From the NCBI GenBank assembly GCA_943704415.1, contig CALSCO010000043.1, positions 1 through 64,000 of the forward strand: a stretch of 64,000 nucleotides of DNA. The letters are read 5' to 3'. The notes under the pieces are model-generated. The model was not told where the DNA came from and ran no database searches. It was given only the letters and a program-made list of their open reading frames with translations. Positions 34,923 through 47,184 of this stretch are shown piece after piece (within the stretch, counting starts at the first letter, position 1; each line of letters begins with the position of its first letter). Source of the stretch: Parvularia atlantis. Lineage: Eukaryota. The position numbers were made by a program, and so were the translations under genes.

Positions 34923-35382
34923 CACGGGGCGGGTGAGGAAGTGGCCCGCGAAGGCGCTCTCGAGCGCAACGACCGCAGAGCCCTGCGCGCCCCTCCACGT
35001 CAGCTGGCGTCCCATCGCGCGCGCGCGCGCGCCTGCCTCACGCGCCTCCAGCTGGTTGTCCAGTAGCGTTGACGGGGCGCGGCGGGGGATGCGGCGGGGG
35101 ATGCGGCGGTGCTGCGGCTTGCGGGCGGACGACGGCGGGGAAAAGGACTGGAAAAACGGCGGAACGAGGGACGAGCTGGCGGAGGGGGTGGCTGTCTGCG
35201 GCGGCGCGCGCTGTTGGTGCCTCGAGCGGACCGCGAAGGGGGAAGGACGAAGGAAGAAAACGGACGGCGCGCGCCGAGCGACTTGAGGGGCACGGTGGGA
35301 CACGTAATCGTTTCGGCCATCGTCGCGGGTCGTGGGGCGCACGCGTGCGGCAGACGTGGCCGCGCCTGTCACGTGCGGCGAG

Positions 35383-35512
35383 GCGAGGGCGCGGCTGGCG
35401 AGGGCGCAGATGGCGAGGGCGCGGCTGGCGAGGGCGCAGGAGGGCGTGGCTGGTGAGGGCGCGGCTGGCGAGGGCGCGGCTGGCGAGGGCGCGGCTGGCG
35501 AGGGCGTGGTTG
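35383..35512. repeat. 15-bp minisatellite (GCGAGGGCGCGGCTG), about 9 imperfect units
   Basis: Direct reading; followed by (AACCACGCGC)x3 and (GCTCAACGTCGC)x3 at about 35541-35604. Confidence 0.9.
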
Positions 35513-35630
35513 CTGCCTGCTCGCTCGCTCGTCGCTGCGCAACCACGCGCAACCACGCGCAACCACACGCTCAACGTCGCGCTCAACGTCGCGCTCAACA
35601 TCGCGCAGGCAGCACCAAACAAAGCCAAAG

Positions 35631-36527
35631 ATGGCACCGAGCAGCAGCGCCCTCGGCGACATGTTCGACTTCCACAAGCAGATCGGCTTCTACGCCCAGT
35701 ACCACAACAACAAGGTCAACCAGCTCATCCACATGGTCTTCGTCCCGACCATCCTCTGGACCGGTGCGCCGCCCCAGCCGCCGCGCCGCACCGTGCCGCG
35801 CTCACGTCGCACGCGCCCCAGTGCTCGTCTGGCTTACCTACACCGGCCCGCTCGTCGACCTGCCCTTCCTGCCCGCGTGGCTCCCGGCCAACGCCGCGCT
35901 GCTCGTCGGCGTCGTGTACAACGCCTACTACATCGCGCTCGAGCCCGTTGCCGGCGTGCGTCTCGCGGCCACCTGCCTCGCCCACCGCGCGACTCACTCG
36001 CCCGCACACCGCAGACCCTCTACGTGCCCTTCATGGCCATGCTGCTCTACACTGCCAACGACGTCGCCAAGGTCGACAACGCCCTCATCATCACCGCGGC
36101 CGTGCACGTCGCGTCGTGGTGCGCGCCTCTGCATGACGACCGATGTCGCTCAACGGCCCCGCCGTGCAGGGTCTTCCAGTTCCTCGGCCACGGCTACGCC
36201 GAGGGCCGCAAGCCCGCGCTGATCGACAACATTGTGCAGGTGCGCGCGCCGTCGCCCACGCCGTTGCACGCCGCTCACGCCGCCCGCAGGCGCTCGTGCT
36301 CGCGCCGCTCTTCGTCTGGATCGAGATGCTCTTCCAGCTCGGCTACAAGCCGGACCTCGCCAAGAAGATCGACACGGACGCCAAGGCGGCGATCAAGGCA
36401 CGGACAGCACACGACGCGCGCAAGCCCGCTCCCGCGCTCGCTCACGCGCCCCGCTGCGCCGCGCCCGCAGAAGTGGAAGAACTCACTGGCGGTGCAGCAG
36501 AAGCTGCAGAAGGAGCCGGCCAAGTAG
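35631..36527 (+). CDS. MPO1: Mpo1-like 2-hydroxy fatty acid dioxygenase (DUF962)
   Basis: FYAQYHNNKVNQLIHMVFVPTILWT; FQFLGHGYAEGRKPALIDN; LAPLFVWIEMLFQLGY. Confidence 0.9.
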   Translation: MAPSSSALGDMFDFHKQIGFYAQYHNNKVNQLIHMVFVPTILWTGAPPQPPRRTVPRSRRTRPSARLAYLHRPARRPALPARVAPGQRRAARRRRVQRLLHRARARCRRASRGHLPRPPRDSLARTPQTLYVPFMAMLLYTANDVAKVDNALIITAAVHVASWCAPLHDDRCRSTAPPCRVFQFLGHGYAEGRKPALIDNIVQVRAPSPTPLHAAHAARRRSCSRRSSSGSRCSSSSATSRTSPRRSTRTPRRRSRHGQHTTRASPLPRSLTRPAAPRPQKWKNSLAVQQKLQKEPAK

Positions 36528-36583
36528 CCGCGCTGTCGCCTGACAGTGGTTTTTCGTTTTCCGTGCTCTGTCTGTCTGCTACG

Positions 36584-37391
36584 TCACTTGGCGTACTTGA
36601 GCCGGCCCTGCTCGCTAATGACGCAGATGTGCTGCCGCGCGCGCACAGGCGACGTGAGACGCTGCCGCCACCACAGCCCGGCGCGCACCTGGAGGTCGCG
36701 AAAGTGCTCGTTGTAGTCGAGGCAGTAGCCGACCACAAACTCGTCCGGGATCGTGAAGCCCGCGTCTGCGCAGGCGCGTGCGCACGCACGGTGAGGCCGG
36801 TCGTGAAAGCGCCCCTCCGCAGCACGCACAGTCCGGCTTGAACCCGTTTGACTGTGGTGTGTCCTTGACCAGCAGGCTCGCGAAGCGGATGCGGCGCGGC
36901 TCTAGCGCGCGCAGCTTGGCGATGAGCGCGACGGCACTGCGGCCCGTGTCGATGATGTCCTCGACCACGAGCACGTCCTTGCCGCGCAGGTGCGCCAGGT
37001 CCGCGCCGGTCACGGCCACGTCGCCGGTCGAGCGGTCGTTGACATAGCTCTGCAGGCGCACAAACTCGACCTGGACGGCCACGGGCCGCTCGCGGTCGGC
37101 GTTGAGCGTCGCGATCACGCCGATCAGGTCCGCGTAGAAGCTGTGGCCGCCCTTGAGCACGCACACGGCCACGAGCGGCCCGTCGCTGTCCTCGATCACG
37201 TCGCGCGCGAGCTTGGCGATGCTGCAACGGCTCCGGTCAGCCCGAGCCAGCGCGCACCAGCCCACGCACCGATCGCGCACGAGCCCGTGCGGGATCAGCA
37301 CGCGCGACACGTCGCCCGCGTACTGCCGCGGCAGCGCCAGCAGCGCCGGCGACACGCCCGCGGACCGATCGACAACAATGCTGTTTGACAT
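36584..37391 (-). CDS. HPRT: Hypoxanthine-guanine phosphoribosyltransferase
   Basis: [74 protein letters not shown]. Confidence 0.95.
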
Positions 37392-37842
37392 TCGAAGAAA
37401 TGTGACGGGAGGGAGTGGAGGGGCACCGCGCACGGCTCAGAAAGAATCCTGCAGCATGTCGCGCAGCAGCTGCGTGCGCCCAAGCCGAGACTGCTGGTGC
37501 GGCTGGAGAGCGCGAAACACAAGTGAAGCACAGTGAGACGCAATCGTCAGATCATGATTGGAACGATCGTAAGTTCGTGACAACCAGGGCTAAAGTTCAC
37601 CGCGGAACATGGCCAGCGCCGTCGTCGGTGGGTGCGCACCGTCCCGCTGCCCCTGCCTCGTCCGGCGCCGCGCAGCACTGGCCGGCGCGCCGGGCCGCGA
37701 CGGCCACCAGCGGTCCGCGCCTCTTCGCCTTTGACGCGCTGCTCGTCCTCGGCGCCGCCACAACGCTGCGCCTCTGAGCCGCTTGCCCGGCCCAGATGCG
37801 AAGCGCTGCGTGCCCGAGGAAAAGACGACACCGATCACACAA

Positions 37843-40800
37843 TTACACCACAGAGTCACCCCTTTCTAATTCGCCGCTGCTGCCGCTCGCGCCAATGTGC
37901 GTCACGCGCGCGACGGCCCGCATCAGTTCGTCCTTGCGGTACGGCTTGGAGATGTAGTCGTCCATGCCCGCGCTCATGCCCGCCGCGACGTGCATCTGGC
38001 GTGCGCGATCGTCAGCCCACTTCGTCCACCACCACCACAGCCACGCAGGACGCACGTCGCGCGCGTTGCCCGACAGCCCGATGATCGGCACCCGCGCCCG
38101 CCCGTGCGCGCGCTCAAACTCGCGGATCCGCCGTGTCGCCTCGAGCCCGTCCATCACCGGCATCTCCACGTCCATCAGCACAATGTCGAACGGCTCGCGC
38201 TCGTACAGCTCGGCGGCGGCCAGGCCGTTGTCCGCGAGCGTCGTGGTGCATTGGAAGTCGCGGCAGGCCTCGAGCTGCCGCTTGAGCACGCGCTGGTTGA
38301 TGTCGTTGTCCTCCACGACTGCGAGCAGGTGCGCACGTGCGTCGGTCAGCGGCACAGCGCGCACAATCAGTGGCCTCGCACGACGCACTCAGAGCGCGCA
38401 GCACGTCGTCTTTCGTCCGCCGTCGCTTGCGCACGGTCGCGCCGGATGACGAGGTCGCAGAGGCAGATGCGCTGTCACCCTCGCTCTGCTGGTGGTCGGG
38501 GGCCATGGCGCTGTCGGGCTGCCGCTCGGCGCCTTCGTCCGCGAGCGTCGAGACGATCGTGGGGGCCCTGGACTCGACCGGCGAGAGCGCGTGGCGCAGG
38601 ACGCGCATGTACGGCGCCGACGTACTCAACACGACCTGGATCTCGCGCACGCCCTTGGTCTCGGCCGCCGACCCCGACCCGCCGCTCGACGCCGGCGCGA
38701 CGGCGACGGTGCACGGCACGCTTACGGTGAAGGTCGTGCCCACGCCGGCCTCGCTCGCCACGCTAATGTCGCCGCCCATCAGGTCGAGCATCATCTTGCT
38801 GATGTACAGGCCCAGGCCCGTCCCGCCGTAGCGCGAGTACGTCTTGAGGTTGGCCTGGCGGAAGCGCTGGAAGAGCGAGGCCTGCTCAGCCGGGGTCATG
38901 CCCACGCCCGAGTCCTTCACGCTGATGCACAGGATCATGCGCTCGTCCGCGTCCTGCGCCGCTGCAGCCGACGGGGGCGCCGCCAAAGGTGCCAGCAGCG
39001 GCCGCATCGGGGGCGGGATGGGCGGGGCCGGGAGGCAGTCGAGCACGACGTGGACCTCGCGCACGGCCGCGTTGATCGTGAACTTGAGGGCGTTTGAGAT
39101 GAGGTTGATAACCACCTGCGCCAGAGTTAGATCCTCGCGCGTGGACGCGCACCACCTGCAAAGTCATCGCACCTGCGACAGGCGGTACGGGTCCGCGCTC
39201 ACGATGACCTCGTCGCGCGGCGGCTCGGGCCCGCGCATGGTCAGGAGGACGCCGTTGGTGCGCGCCTGGGCCGAGAACATGTCGACGACGGCCTTGACGA
39301 GTTCGCTCGGGTTGACGGGCTCGAGGCTGAGCATGACGTTGCCCGAGCTCAGCTTGGACAGGTTGAGCACGTCGTCGGTGATCTTGCGCTGCGAGGCGGG
39401 CGGGGCAGCGGTGAGCGCTCACAAGAACGCATGCACGCACGCGCGCCAGGTGACGCACCTGGTGGTTCATGCAGATGTCGATCGACTTGAGCAGCGAGAG
39501 GTCGTCCGGAATTTGCGCCTGTAGGTTCGCGCGCAAGGGGCCCTCGACAAGCGCGGCAAGCAGCTGCTGGCGCTGCTCCATATTGATCTGGAGCAGGTCG
39601 ACGCTGTTGACGATGCCGTTGAGCGGGTTGCGGATCTCGTGGCAGACCATGTCCACAAACAGCTCCTGCTTGCGCCGGTGCTCGTCGGCCTCAGTCGCGC
39701 GCTTGCGCGACTCAAGCTCGGCCTGCCGCAGCGCCGCTAGTCGTTCGGCCTCGAGCGTCTTCTGCTCGGTGATGTCGCTCACGGCCGAGACGAGTCCGCG
39801 CAGGGCCCCCGTGCGCGTGTCAAAGTCGCACATGCTCTGCTTGTAGATCCAGACCTGCTTCCCGTCGCACGGGCGGATGACGCGCAGCTCAACCATGTGC
39901 GGCACGCCGCAATACGACTCGTGCAGCGACATCAGCGCCAGCTCCTTGTCGTCCGGGTGCACAAACTGGTGCCAGTCGACGAACGCGTCTACGCCCATGC
40001 CGACGATGCCGAGAATGCTCAGGAAGCGCTCGTTGGCGTACACCATGCGGCCCTGGGTGCGTGCGCGTGTGAGTGCGTCAGTGGTGTCTGGCGCCCAGGC
40101 GCAGGCCGCACCTGCGCGTCGCGACGGAAGATGCCGACGGGGCTGAGCTGCGTGATGAGCCGGTACTGCTTCTCGCTCTCGTACAGCGCGCGCGTGCGCT
40201 GGTGCACCATGCGCTCGAGGTGCGAGCGGAACATGCCCAGCTGCAGCTGCGTCTGCAGGCGCGCGATGAGCTCCTGCGCAACGGGGCCAGCGCACAAGCC
40301 GCGTCAGCACAAGCGCGTGCCCGCTGCAGAGCAGAAGCAGCGCGCACCTTGGCCGAGAACGGCTTGCACAGGTAGTCGTCGGCGCCCGACTGCAGGCCCT
40401 CGATGCGCGCCTCCTCGCCCGAGCGCGCCGACAGGAGAATGATGGGGATGTGCTGCACGGCGGCGTCGGCGCGCAGGCGCTTGATGAGCGCAAAACCGTC
40501 GAGGCGCGGCATCATCACGTCCGAGATGATCGCGTCCGGCAGGCCCGTGGGCGTCGCCACCGACTCGTCCATGATCTCGGCCACCAGGTTCTGCATCTTG
40601 TCGAGCGCGTCCTGTCCGTCCATGGCGACGATGACACGGTAGCGCGTGCTCAGCATCGACTGGACGTACTGTGCGCGAGGTCAGCACGCGAAACACACCC
40701 GCGCAAGCGTGCACACGCACCAGACGCATGTCGGCGTTGTCGTCCACGAGGAGCACGAGCGGACGCCGGCTGCGAGGCAGCGCGGCACGCAGGCGCGACA

Positions 40801-43652
40801 TGCGCGCGTGCATGTCCGCCATGGTCGGCTGCTCCTTGTCGGTCGTCGTGCTGGCGTCGTCGTCGTCGCTGCTCTCAGGCCCGACGCTGACAAAGCCGGC
40901 CTTGCGCAGGAAGGGCTGGTCGTGGCGCCACTCGACCATGACCTCGCCCGTGAGGTGCGTGAGCGCCGCGATGTCGTCCTGCCGCTGCCCGCCAGGCGCC
41001 CCGCCCTGCTGCATCCACAGCGACGCCTGCTGCTCCTCGAGCGCGTGCAGGGCGTACTCGACCGAGAGCGCGCTGCCGTCGTCGCTGCCGTGCATCTCGT
41101 TCTGCAGCTTGAGCGCGTCGAGCGGGCGAGCGACGGATGCGAGCGAGGTGTTGCTGGTGTCGCTCGTGGACGCGTGCTCGTCCTCCAGCAGGTTCACCGA
41201 GCTCAGCAGGCCCACGCGTGAGTTGCTTGCGTCGACCGCCATCGCCAGGGGATCGCCGTCGTCGGCGCTGCCGTGCCGGCCGAGACTTGCGCTCGAGACC
41301 TCGTCCGGCAGCCATCGGTTGGCCTCCTCAACGTACGACGCGGCGATAGACGTTGGCCCTCCGTGCGGCGCCACGCGCTTGGTCTGTTGAGCTTTGTGCT
41401 CGGGCAGGACCACGCGGTCGGCGGGCAGGTGCGCCGAGCCGAGCGGAATCGACACGGTGAACGTCGTGCCCTTGCCGAGCGTGCTCTCGACCGTGATACG
41501 CCCGCCGTGGATTTTGACGAGCTCCTGCGTGAGCGCGAGGCCGATGCCCGTGCCCTCGTAGCTGCGCCCCTGTGACGCGTCCACGCGGTGAAAGCGCTCA
41601 AACAGCCGCGGGATCTCAGACGCGGGCACGCCGCAGCCCGTGTCGCTCACGACCAGCACGGCGGCCGGCACGAGGCGTCGCGGGCGGGCGGGCGTCGTGG
41701 CGAGGCTCGCGCCGGCGGCGGCGGACGAGTCGGCGGGCACGAGGTGTGCAGCCTGGGGCGACTCGTGGGGCGCGGGCGCGATGCTACGCGCGAGCTTGAC
41801 CGTGACGCCGCCCCGAAGCGTAAACTTGAACGCGTTCGACAGCAGGTTGAAGACGATCTTCTCCCACATGTCGCGGTCAATGTACACCGGCTCGCCCAGC
41901 CCGCTGCCGTTGCTCTCATCCGGCATGACCACGTCAAACGTCAGGCCGGCCGCCTCTATCGTTGAGCGGAAAACGCTGGCGAGGTCGGCCGTGAGGCGCG
42001 CGAGGTCGACGGGCTCGTACGTGGCCGTGACGCGCCCGGCCTCGATGCGGCTAAAATCGAGCAGAGAGTTGACCAGCTTCAGCAGGCGCGTCGAGTTGCG
42101 CTTGATCAGCTCCAGCCGCCGGCGGTGCACGGGCGGGAGGACGTTGGCCTTATCGTTCATCATCTCCTCGAGCGGGCCGCTGATGAGCGTGAGCGGCGTG
42201 CGGAACTCGTGCGAGACGTTGGAAAAAAACGTGGTCTTGGCCTGGTCGAGCTGGGACAGGGCCTGCGCGTTATTCGCACGCGCGCGCGCGCACGATGAGC
42301 AAGGTGCACAAGAACTCAGGCAAGCGCGGGCGGCGCACCTCGGCACGACGGCGCTCCGCCTCGTAGCTCTTGGCGGTGCTGATCGCGTTGGCCACTTGCC
42401 GTGTGACGAGGTCAAAGTAGACCAGGTAGTTGTCGTCAAGCGCGCGCCGCGGGTTGATGCCGAGAATGAGCACGCCCGAAGGCGTGTCCTGCGCCGAGGT
42501 CATGATCGGGCACAGCACCGCGTCACGGCAGGGATCGGGCCAGACGCCGCCTGCGAGCCGGCGCGGCGGCATCAGCGCACGCCACGGGCATAGCACACAC
42601 GGTACGCACCGGAAAACTCTGCGCCAAACTTGTCGCCGATGTCGTACAGGGTGAGGACGCGGTGCGACTTGATCGCCTCGTTGAGCGGCCAGATGCACCG
42701 CTTGGCCGCGTCCGTGTGCAGCACGAGCTCGCGGACGACGGCGGGGTGGTCGGGCGCAATGTTGGCCATGTTGTGCAGAACGAGCTGCGCGCACGTTCAG
42801 CCTCCATCGTGCTGTCCCACGCGCGCGCGCGCGCGCACCTTGCTCTTGTCGCTCGAGAGCAGGTACAGCAGCGCAAACGTGGTGTCATGCCGGTGCTGCC
42901 CGAGCACGTTGATGCAGATCTCGCCGGCCTCACACACGGTCTGCGTGCCCGTGGCCTTGTAGCCGAGGTCGCGCAGGACGAGCAGGCGCCGCTCGCTGAG
43001 CACGCGCGTGGTCGTCTCGGTGATCTACGCGCCCGCGCGACGTGAGCGTCTAAACAAGTCCGCGCGCACACCACGCCAGCGGCCGCACCGGCGTGATCAC
43101 GCCCAGGACCTCGCCGTTCTGGTTGCGCACGGGCGAGTACGACCAGGTGAAGTAGCACTCCTCGGCGTAGTTATTGCGCGTGAGCACGAGCTGCTGGTCG
43201 TCGGACCACGTCGCCTCGCCCTGGAACACGCGCAGCAGCATCGGCTCGATCACGTCCCAGACCTCGCTCCACGCCTCGCTGCCTGCGTCCATTTGCCGCT
43301 CAGCTGCGCGCACACGCCATGAGGTATCACAGCAACGCACCGGGCTTGCCCAGGGCCGCCGGGTGCTTGGTGGCGAAGATGGGGATGTACCCGTCGTTGT
43401 AGAGCACGTTCATGCGCGGGCCCCAGAACACGACGATCGGGAACTTGGAGTCGAGCATCAAGTTGGTCGCGTTGACCAGCGCCGACGGCCACTGCGCCAT
43501 CGGCCCGAGCTCGGTCGCGGCCCAGTCGCGCGCGCGGATCAGGTCCGCCATCACGCCCGCGCCCCACACGCGCTGCGCCGTCGCCGCCTGCTCGACCTGC
43601 GCGCACGCGCCTCGTCAGCTTCCACACGGGCCCACACGCGCCGCACCTCCAT
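37843..43652 (-). CDS. Dual hybrid histidine kinase: PAS/GAF - HisKA - HATPase - REC - PAS - HisKA - HATPase - REC
   Basis: DWAATELGPMAQWP; H-box FFSNVSHEFRTPL, NLLSNAFKFT, GTGIGLAL; REC ISDVMMPRLDG; PAS FVHPDD; second H-box VCHEIRNPLNG, NLISNALKFT, GGTGLGL; REC LMDVEMPVMDG. Start approximate. Confidence 0.93.
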
Positions 43653-44261
43653 CGGCACGCCAAGGGGGGATGGCGCCAGCGTGGCGCCCTCGTGTGGCTT
43701 CGTTTCCCTGCGCACCACCGCCGTCGCCGACCGTCAGCGCCCCACGCGACCGCGCCAACGACAACGACAGGCGGACGAGGCAGCAGCCAGGCGAGGGCGC
43801 ACGTGGCGGCAACGCAGTGGAACGGACAGCAGCGGCGAAGCAAGTTAAGCGCCTGCCGTGTCACCGTTCCGCGTCACATGCGCGGCGTGCGGGCGACGAA
43901 GGCGGCGACACGGGGCGCGCGCGGCCGAGCGGCGTGCGAGCGAGGGACGCGTGCGGCGGCGAGCCTGAGAGAACAGAAAGAAGAGAGAAGGGCGGGCGGC
44001 AAAACAGAGCACCGGCGACGTCACCGGGCGCCGCCCGTACGGGCGCTTGTCGTGGTGATTGGAGCATAACCGATGCCAAAGGCCTCAGCCGGCGTGCTGC
44101 GCGGCCGACACGGCTCAGTTCTGCACCCTGCGGCACGGCCAGACAGAGAGGGGAAAAGTCGTGTCTCGTGTGCGCTCGTCTAAGCAGATCACTACATTGA
44201 GATCGTCTCTCACTTGTGCTTTGATGCACACTTTGTTGAGCGGATCCCAGTGCTGCGGAAG

Positions 44262-47161
44262 ATGCCGTCGCTGCTGCAGTCGGCGCTGCTCGCGGGCTCG
44301 GCCGTGCTCGTGGGCGACTACCTCGACCAGCAGTGGGGCCTGTCGAGCGACGTCAGCTTCCTCGTCCGGGCCGCGCGCGCCTACGCCAAGTGTGCCGCCT
44401 GCGAAGCGCCCGCGTTGAAGCCGATGGGCTGATCGCGTCGTCCAGGGTCGCCGACACGACGCGCACCTACGCCGACGTGTGGGAGGCCTCGGTCGACCGG
44501 CACGGCGCGCATCCGCTCGTGATCTTCGAGGGCCGCACGGTCTCGTTCCGCGCCGCCGACGACGGTGCGCTGTGTGCCGCGCGCCATCGCGCCCCGTCTT
44601 CTCACGGCTTTGCGCACGTATCACGCCAGCCGCCAACCGCCTCGTTCGCGCGCGCGTGCTGCGCCCTCCTCGTGTGCACGCGACTGACGCGATCGTGCGC
44701 CGCGCAGGCCAACTGGCTCGTCGGCGCGGGCTTCAAGCAGGGCGGTGTGGCGCCCGCGATGGCGCGCGCCGGGCGCGATGGCGCGCGCTCACGTGACGCG
44801 CGTGTGTGGCAGACACGATCGCGCTGCTAATGGAGAACTGCCCCGAGTTCATCATCGTCGGCGCGGCGGTGGCCAAGATCGGCGTCAAGGCGCGTGCGCG
44901 GTGCTGCGTGCTCTCGTGGCCTGACGCTCGCTCGGCGCAGGTCGCGCTGATCAACACGAACCTGCGCGCCAAGAGCCTGCTGCACTGCGTCCAGATCTCC
45001 AACGCCAAGACGCTGCTGTTTGGCAGCGAGCTCACCGGTGCCGTCCAGGAGGTGCTCGAGCAGCTGCAGCAGCAGAGTGCGGCTCTGCGCCCCGCCAAGA
45101 CGCGCGCGTTTGAGACACGCGCGCTTGTACCCAGGCATCCGCTTCTTCGTCCAAGGCGGCCCCGCGCCCTTTGCCGAGCACCTAGACCCGTTGCTGGCCG
45201 CGGCATCCAGCACGCGCCCGCACCGCTCGCTGCGCAGCTCGCTCACGACCGACTCGGTCTTCAGCCTCACGTACACGAGCGGCACGACGGGTGCGCCCAC
45301 TGCAGTGCTTGCCGGCGGTCCTCATCTTCACCCTCACCCTCACCCTCACCCTTGCGCGCACACACAGGCCTGCCCAAGGCCGCCAACCTCCCGCACCTGA
45401 AGCAAATCGGTGTGTGCGCGCTCGGCCGACACCGCCACACCTGATGCACGCACGCCCAGGCGCCGGCTGCGTGCTCGAGACCATGTTTGACGTCACGGCC
45501 AAGGATCGCATCTACGTGACCATGCCACTGTACCATTCGGCTGCGGGTGCGATGGCCACGTCCGTGTGCGTGGTCACCGGCTGCACCATGATCCTCCGGC
45601 GCAAGTTCTCGGCCTCGGCGTTCGTGCCTGAGATCCGCGAGCACCGCGCGACGCTCTTCCAGTACATCGGTGTGCACGGTGCAGTGAACTGCGGCTGCTC
45701 GCTCACCGTGCTGCGCCAGGCGAGCTCTGCCGCTACCTCATGACCGTGCCTGAGACGCCGCTCGACGGCAAGAACCACCTGCGCCTCGCGTTTGGCAACG
45801 GCCTGCGCGGTGCGCTGCCTGTGACCGTGGCGCACTCGCACCCCCCTGCGCCTGATGCTTGTTGCGCAGCCGACATCTGGGAAAAGTTCCAGAAGCGGTT
45901 CAATATCCCGCGCATCGGCGAGCTGGTGCGCTGCGAGCACTCTGCCTTTCTGTGCTGACCGGCCAGCGCTGCACAGTACGCCGGCACGGAGCACAACGTC
46001 AACTTTGTCGGCTTTACGACTGGCCGCACGCCGCTCGGCCGCGGTGCGCTCGCGAGCAGCGGCAGCCGTGGTGCTGGCCTCACACAGGGCGTCGCAGGCT
46101 CATTCGGCCGCACCGGCATCCTGCTGCGCCGCATCCTCAACTCGCGCATCGTCAAGTTTGACATCGAGAAGGAGGAGCCCGTGCGCGGCCCTGACGGCCT
46201 GTGCATCGAGGTGCGCGTCGCTGCGAACCCGTAAGGCTCGCTGACCCATCTCTGCCAGTGCGCCGCAGACGAGCCCGGCGAGCTGCTCGGCATGATCGAC
46301 GCGCGCAACCAGTTCTATGGCTACCACGGCAACGCGGTGGTGCGCCGCCGCTGCCCGTCGTGCGCGTCGCCTCTCGCCGACCGCGCGCGCCGCTGCAGGA
46401 CACCAACAAGAAGTTCATCTACAACGTGCTCAAGAAGGGCGACGCGTTCTACCGCACCGGCGGTGCGCTCGCGCGTCGTGCACCGGCCGTGCGCTTACTG
46501 CGCCGTGCGGCAGACCTCGTCAAGCGTGACGCCAAGGGCTTTGTTTACTTTGTCGACCGCATCGGCGACACGTTCCGCTGGAAGGGCGAGAACGTGTCGA
46601 CGAACGAGGCACGCTGCACTGCTCCAGCCTGCCTGCGCGCGCGTGCACGCTCGCTGATCGCTGCGCGCAGGTGATGGAGGCCCTGACGACGTTCGAGGGC
46701 GTGCAGGAGGCCAACGTGTACGGCGTGCGCGTGCCCGGCAAGGACGGCCGCGCGGGCATGGCTGCGGTCGTCATGGACGACAAGGTTCGCTTCATGCGCA
46801 TGTTGCCCGCACTGCTCTCACGACGATCGCCCAGATCGACCTGGCCAAGCTCGGCGAGCACGTCTCCAAGGCGCTGCCGGCTTATGCCGTGCCGCTGTTC
46901 CTGCGCAAGCTGCGCGCGGAGGAGGTTGCCGCGCAGTTCTCGACCGGCACGTTCAAGTACCAGAAGGTTCGCGGCCTGCTCGACGCGACCGCCGCCATGA
47001 GCGCTCACACGCCGCGCGCGCAGGTCACGCTGCGCAACGAGGGCTTCGACCCGAGCGTCGTCAAGGAGCAGCTCTTCGCGTTCAACCCGCAGACGCGGGC
47101 CTACGAGGCGTTCGGCCCGAGCCAGTACGCGGCCATCGTCGCCGGCGCGGCGAAGCTGTGA
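44262..47161 (+). CDS. Fatty acid transport protein / very-long-chain acyl-CoA synthetase (SLC27/Fat1), C-terminal AKL
   Basis: [74 protein letters not shown]; ends GAAKL*. Confidence 0.95.
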
Positions 47162-47184
47162 TTGCCACATGTCGTGCGCTTTTG

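Noticed and set aside
35383..35604. CRISPR-like array
   Set aside because: Units are directly adjacent with no unique spacers, there are no cas genes, and the context is eukaryotic.
37608..37800. Possible small spliced gene between HPRT and the histidine kinase
   Set aside because: An ATG and intron-like sequence are present but no frame gives a convincing protein.
37843..43652. Bacterial contamination suggested by the histidine kinase
   Set aside because: It carries many introns of the same style as neighbouring genes.
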